Source: Antedon mediterranea (taxonomy: Eukaryota > Animalia > Echinodermata). Taken from it: DNA of 64,000 nucleotides. The notes beneath the pieces were generated by a model. The model did not search any database. It worked only from the letters and a program-made list of their open reading frames with translations, and had not been told where the DNA came from. A program made the translations under genes and the position numbers. The DNA is taken from contig NC_092680.1 in assembly GCF_964355755.1 (NCBI RefSeq), positions 18,981,045 through 19,045,044 on the forward strand, in the 5' to 3' direction. This document shows positions 58,101 through 64,000 of this stretch, one piece after another; within the stretch, counting starts at the first letter, position 1; each line of letters opens with the position of its first letter.

Positions 58101-61100
58101 TGTATTTCCCGGGAGATTACAAACGGGTGCTCATCGAATATTGCAGGACAATAAGTTACAGTGTAACAGCCTAATACAACTTATATTTTGATGATGCCTT
58201 GTCTTTTGTATTATTGGATCTTGGGGGATTTATTCACTGCGTTCTTCTAGCGAGTATATCGTTTCCTAGGCATAATAGGGAGGCATATGATCCTCGATGT
58301 GTTTGATGTGGTGGGCCTAAACCATAGTAGGATTACTACCGAATATGGACAACATGGTACAGTGGAAGGTCGACAGTAGCGATGGGAAACAGATAAAAGG
58401 TGTCTTTGCCTAATTAGAAAGACTTGACCCGAATTAATGAGAAATACAGTCATTAAATACTAATAAACATCTATGACCGAGTTAAACAGCACGTGAGAAA
58501 AACTAACACTTGGGGTATTAATTTCTAAACGACGAACCGACAAAATAATTAAATTTAAACCCAGCGAGGACTAAGCTATTATATTTGATACCGGTGTTGC
58601 TCGGCGAAAGGAGTCAGTCCAGTCCAGTCCAAAATAATATTCCTCGAAACTCGTTCACCCTTCCTGAAATTCTTTAATTTAAACCTACATTATCCTGCTG
58701 GGGATATCCTAAAACTAAGAATACAATTCAGGCCGGAATAAAGATGTGTGGATAAAGTATAGCCCTCCGATTCATTGGATACGCCTAAACTTTTCCGTGA
58801 AACGAAGACGGGGGGAGTGATTTAGATTATGAAAATGTATGCTTTAGAACACCCTATTAAAGAGACACATTCCTGGGTCCAAGGGTTTTCGTAGTGTTAC
58901 CACATACATAGTTGCATGCCTTGTTTTAACAAAAAGAAAGAATCATAAACAAAATAAAAAGCAAACAATATTCTTTGAGGATGCACAGGTGTAAAAATAT
59001 ACTTATTAATAGGGTATACACATCTAAAGAAAATAAATATATTCAATATTTACTGCATTTAGGGAACTGGTAAATAAGGGGAAATATGTTAATACCGTTA
59101 TTTAATAGTATTTTATAAAGTAGGTTTAGATATTTAGACTCATCGTACCCTAGTGATTCATTGTCGAACATTGAACCCCGGATAATATTATAAGCAACAT
59201 TAAGATAGGCCTATTATATTAATAAAGTAGTCACAACAACTACTTAGGCCTATATGCTCGGTAACTAAAAAGCTTGCTTATTGGCCATACCATGGACAGT
59301 AGTACACAAGTAATTGCAAAAATTCGTCTTTAAACTCCACACCCGCTGTCTACAAAATCTCATTATTATTAGAATTATTCAGTTTTGAGAAAACAATAAC
59401 ATGACTGTCAAACACAGTTTGAGTTACCGCGGTAATAATTAATGTTTTACGCTGCGCGTCAACAAGATGATAACAGAATATTTATAACATGTGAAAAACA
59501 CATCCTTCTATGAAAAAACTACAAAGCAGAGCCTATGATGTCATTTTGTGTGCGTGTCTTCAAGAAAATGTCAATTTGAAAATAAGGATTCATGAGGAGT
59601 GATGAACTTAGGCCTACCTTAATTGCGGGAGGATAATTATCAATGGGGGTTGTGACTATTGGTAATGCCGCTTGTAATTGTGGTATTTCCCGAAGGAAGT
59701 TGTGAAGTGCAAGTATCAACACCATAAACAGATGAGCCTAAGCTGGCTTGTAATTGACGCACTTTATATGAAGTCATAAGTAAAGGATTAAAAGCACAGC
59801 ATTTATCCGAACTCCGATAGAGTAGGCTGTATATTAACGTTGCTGCTTAATTATTTCATCTTCTCTGTCAGGCTTATTTACTCGGGAGTTGGTGACCTCC
59901 CACCAAAGTTAGCCGGACCTATGCCAACTTACTTACTATAGGCTCGATTTTATCAATGTATATCCATCTTTTTCATTGTTTTTAACGTAATCACAGTGAC
60001 GTCATGATAACGTCATCTAAACCAAAGTCCACATAACCACCACCTCCCACGGATTGTTTAGATTGACACAAATTTGAAACTAATCAAAGAAAAATCATTT
60101 CTATTTCAACTTCTAGGCCTAAAGGAAATTATGCATTATATTTTAGTTATATGAATATATCAGTCAGACCTATTATCTTTAGGCCTATATTATCAGTTAG
60201 ATATATTTATTATTGATTAAAGTGCACGGTATTAGGCGTAGATGTTCTCGGTTGATTTTGATTTGTGTGGGGTCGAGACGCAGTGATGACGTGTGATACG
60301 AGGCGTATGTTTTGTAATGTCGCGTTAGCCCGCGGTGCGACGAAAGGACAATTTGAAAAATTTTGCATCGTCTCCTTGTACCTCCATGATCGGATCACTT
60401 CGGTTTCGGATCACTTCGGGTTCGGATCATGGTCCACGAAACATTTATAACGAGTTTCATGCATAAAGTTTAACCAATCAGATAATACTTGCAGTGTACA
60501 CACACAGTGTCTCCCAATTGGTTTCGATGTCGCTTGATTTATCGCACGAGTAGCGCGTTTAGTGTTCTTAAAATAAGAATCTTTTGTCATAATATGTAAA
60601 TGAATCGGTATCAGTATCGATGTATGAGGCTGGCTAACATGCAGTGGGAATAACATACATTGCCACACCTGTATTGAAGAATGTGTATGAGTGGAGTACC
60701 GTAGCGACGTGCTGACGATGTAAAACTAAATTTAACAAATTTAGATAAGAAATTAAACAAAATGTGTTTCCGTGTTTTGTGTTGCAATATGGTATCGGTA
60801 CAGAATTGTATGATCCATAAGTACTATATTCGTTTATTTCTTGTTTGGGGGTTCGGGACAAGATTAGTTTACTGTTAACTGACAGATCTTGTCTGAAAGC
60901 CCCCCCCCCCGCTCCCCCGCAACCAAAAAAGTAAAAATGGAAACTCCGTGCCATCATGGAGTTTCCATTCCCTAAGTCAATTAGTCCTACTAATAACACA
61001 TTTAAAATTTCCATCGTGTCTAATTTGATTTTTTTTTCACAAGAAAGTATAATAATTATAAAGAAATTGTGCACATTAGGCCTATATAATTGTTCACGAT

Positions 61101-64000
61101 GCCTAATGGTACAAAATATGTATTGCTCGGTGGCCTTTATTCACAGAAGGCACGAGAATATCTGAGGGTAATGACTAAAACCGAACCGAATCCCATTAAG
61201 CAGTCTGACTTCCCAACGATACAAATTATTGCACAAGTTAACAGTTAATATTAATAGTTATTAACTACTTATTATTTTGAAGGTACATTCGAGTGTTTCC
61301 AAGATGGCCCAGCCTGCTGCCTCGTGGCAGCGCATTCGAACCATACCATGCATTTAACCACGGGCATAAATCAAATATTACACATGCTGTCCGATGAAGC
61401 AGTGTATTCGCCAATATAGCTGCATATTATACAGACGATTTATAATTTTGAAGCTTATTTGGATGATAATTAACCTCCATGAACTCGAAACTAACCTGGC
61501 TAGATCCTATGCTAAGTATCTGCCACGCGTGTACTCGTGGAGAGTTGAGCCCACAAAACACCTTATGCGCACACGCCTTGGGTTGATGGCCTCGTTCGAC
61601 AGAAATATGATGAAAACAATATATCACTAGCTATTTAAAATGATATTATGAATATAGATATTCAAATTTACACCATACATATGTCAATGTAGGATTTCAT
61701 ATAGAATTTCCGATTTCTTCGGTGCATCGTAAACTTAAGCAAATACAGCTATACAAAGTAAAGCCTCTAGTGAATTAAAACCTTTAAAATTATACATGTG
61801 TAACAATATTGCATGAAAAAGACGATTACATACTGTAGTATGATTTAAAGATGCTACTTTAACTACATAGATCGTATATGCATAATGCATGTGGTGTAGA
61901 TAGGCCTACTACATGTCATCATTAAATAATAAAGGTTTAATCAACCTATATTGCTACGAATCTTTGATGACGAGAATCCAATTATACCGGCTCATTCTTT
62001 CCTTTTTTCTAAAATGGTTTCTAGTCAGAATTGGCCTTTGTTGTGATAATTGGTTATGCTGCACTGTGTGGTTACTAATTAGGCTTATAAAAAAAACGAA
62101 AACCGAACACGTCACCCGTGCGAACAGGAACGATATTCTTATTATAATAATATGGAGGCACTAACTCAAATGTCCGGCTTTTACGGCTTAACTTGGTTTT
62201 TAAATCACAAGATAAAATACGATAACCTCTAAATTCCCGTGTTTGAATGAATCATCGTCATCAATACGACGACACCATTACATCCTCTGATGAACCTTAC
62301 CTTAAATGTAAACAGCTTATCGATTTATTAGGCCTACAAAGTGAAAACAGCCTGGGAAGGAAACTCCTTGTATCAGTCGATGTAGCAGTGCGAGATAAGG
62401 GTGTAACAAGCTCCGCACCCAAGGCCTAGCTTTACTTCTTAATGCGACAAATTCACGAATGCGACAAGAATTAAAATTCACACAGTATTCTTTTACTTTC
62501 CCGAAGACGCGTGCCTGACAGCGGGTGTCCTTATACTACCAAGTACATTTAAATTAACTATGCTCGCGTGCCTTCAAGATAGAGTGGGTAATTTGTTTCG
62601 ATTGGTGCTTTATGCGCCAGTAGCAAACAAAGAGGAGACCATTTAGCACCTGTCTTTATCGCATCAGGGGTACGGAGTAGTAACACTGGTCTTTGTTATC
62701 GTGAATCCTTTGTTACCAAAAAAGGGGTACGGATTTCCACCCAATCAAAATTGTTTTTACGACATAAACCAAATGAAAATAAGCACTTTCTAAAACAGTT
62801 GTATCCCCTTGTAGGCACGGGCAAGCTGTTCTTTCCGATGGACATCTTTTGTTCGATATCGTATAGGTGAACATTCTTATAATACAATGCAAATTTAGAA
62901 ATCATTGCAGACAAGAAGTAGAAACAAAAACAATGAACAATGGGCAATAGAGGTACGTGTAAACAATTCAACGTGGAACATTTGATTTAATGTATAGCTT
63001 TTGCCATAATATCAACGATTGTGTAAATTAGAATACATTTTCTAAAAAAAATATAACTTTGTTATTTTACCTAAATACACAAATGAATTTACTTTTAATA
63101 TCCTTATAACAATGACAAATAAATATAGATTTGATATAAAAATAATACTAATAAGTATATTAAACTTATTATGGTGACATTTTAACGAAGAGTATCTTTC
63201 TAAATGCACCAATGAGTTTTTAATCTAAGCAATAAAAACAGAAATTAAGACAGAATTCGGCAAAAAGTTTATCTTAAATCGATTAACTGTAGTCCAAATG
63301 GTGATTTCAATTTAAGAACAGTGATATGTTCATTGTGAGCATAGGTTATAAATCTATTCATATTGTTTGGTGTATTTATTTTAAAATAGTATGGGGTAGC
63401 TAGCCTATATGTTATATCAGTGTATACATAAGTGTATGCACCCATTAGGCCTACCCACATAAACACAAGCTGATTTCTACCTATGAATGTAATCGATCTG
63501 GTTCGCTCGTAACATGGATATCAAGATGACACTGGATTTTATTTGAATGATTATGCATGCGTTGTTGGGTTGTAAAATTCAAATTCATAAACAGCGGTTT
63601 GCAAGGCCATCGGTCCATTAGCGAAAGGAACGATGAGTGTTCGCTATTCTCCTATTTCCCCCAATAGACGAGTTGAGTGACTATAGGTACTGATTACATT
63701 AAACTCTGTATTGTGTATGGAAACAATGCAAAGCTAATTGCATACAATGCACATTTACTATTAGTTGGTTTCTATAGACACAGGACAACTGGTTCATCAG
63801 ATACATTTCCATCGAATACAACAAATGTTATATATTATAAATATATTTTTATTACATTATTAGCTACCATACATATACGAAAACACTATAATTAGGCTGA
63901 GTGTCATCCTCATGCTGTATGTTACCGTGTTTTTATGTAAACTCTTATACAGTATTTTACGAAAAAGTGTATATTAATCTTAAAGTTTTGCGTTTGATAT

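Noticed and set aside
59519-59740. Possible upstream NOL4L coding exon (phase-0 AG...AAG|GTAGGC)
   Set aside because: The translation shows no similarity to the conserved NOL4 N-terminal region and the acceptor is weak; more likely intronic or regulatory.
53197-63895. Numerous 60-146 aa ORFs on both strands
   Set aside because: No recognisable domains or consistent splice context; consistent with chance ORFs in intronic DNA.

Overview
AT-rich, intron-rich animal genomic DNA. The Deu/Nin-domain SINEs and gene structures suggest an invertebrate deuterostome, perhaps an echinoderm (inference). The first ~11 kb is mostly tandem repeat: a 57-bp array with ~1.5-1.7 kb higher-order structure, a 75-bp array and a 66-bp array. 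Five protein-coding genes were reconstructed by hand from splice sites and translations: BSDC1 (+, 8 exons, 414 aa); PRIM2 (-, 13 exons, 518 aa); a RING/coiled-coil/NHL E3-ligase gene with an uninterrupted CDS (+, 752 aa), nested antisense in the last PRIM2 intron; MECR (+, 9 exons, 369 aa), head-to-head with PRIM2 across 155 bp; and the 3' seven coding exons of a NOL4/NOL4L gene (-). Introns carry several MITE families, SINEs, LINE 3' fragments and minisatellites. The most unusual item is a minus-strand type I hammerhead-ribozyme fold (37755-37808) at the end of a ~250-nt terminally redundant unit that resembles one retrozyme/circular-RNA monomer; its stem III looks defective. Also notable: the nested TRIM-NHL-like gene with IRF/ETS/kB-like upstream motifs, TAGGCCTA/CTAG clusters near promoters, and a shift to CpG-rich sequence at ~52.4 kb. 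All calls were made by eye, without database searches.
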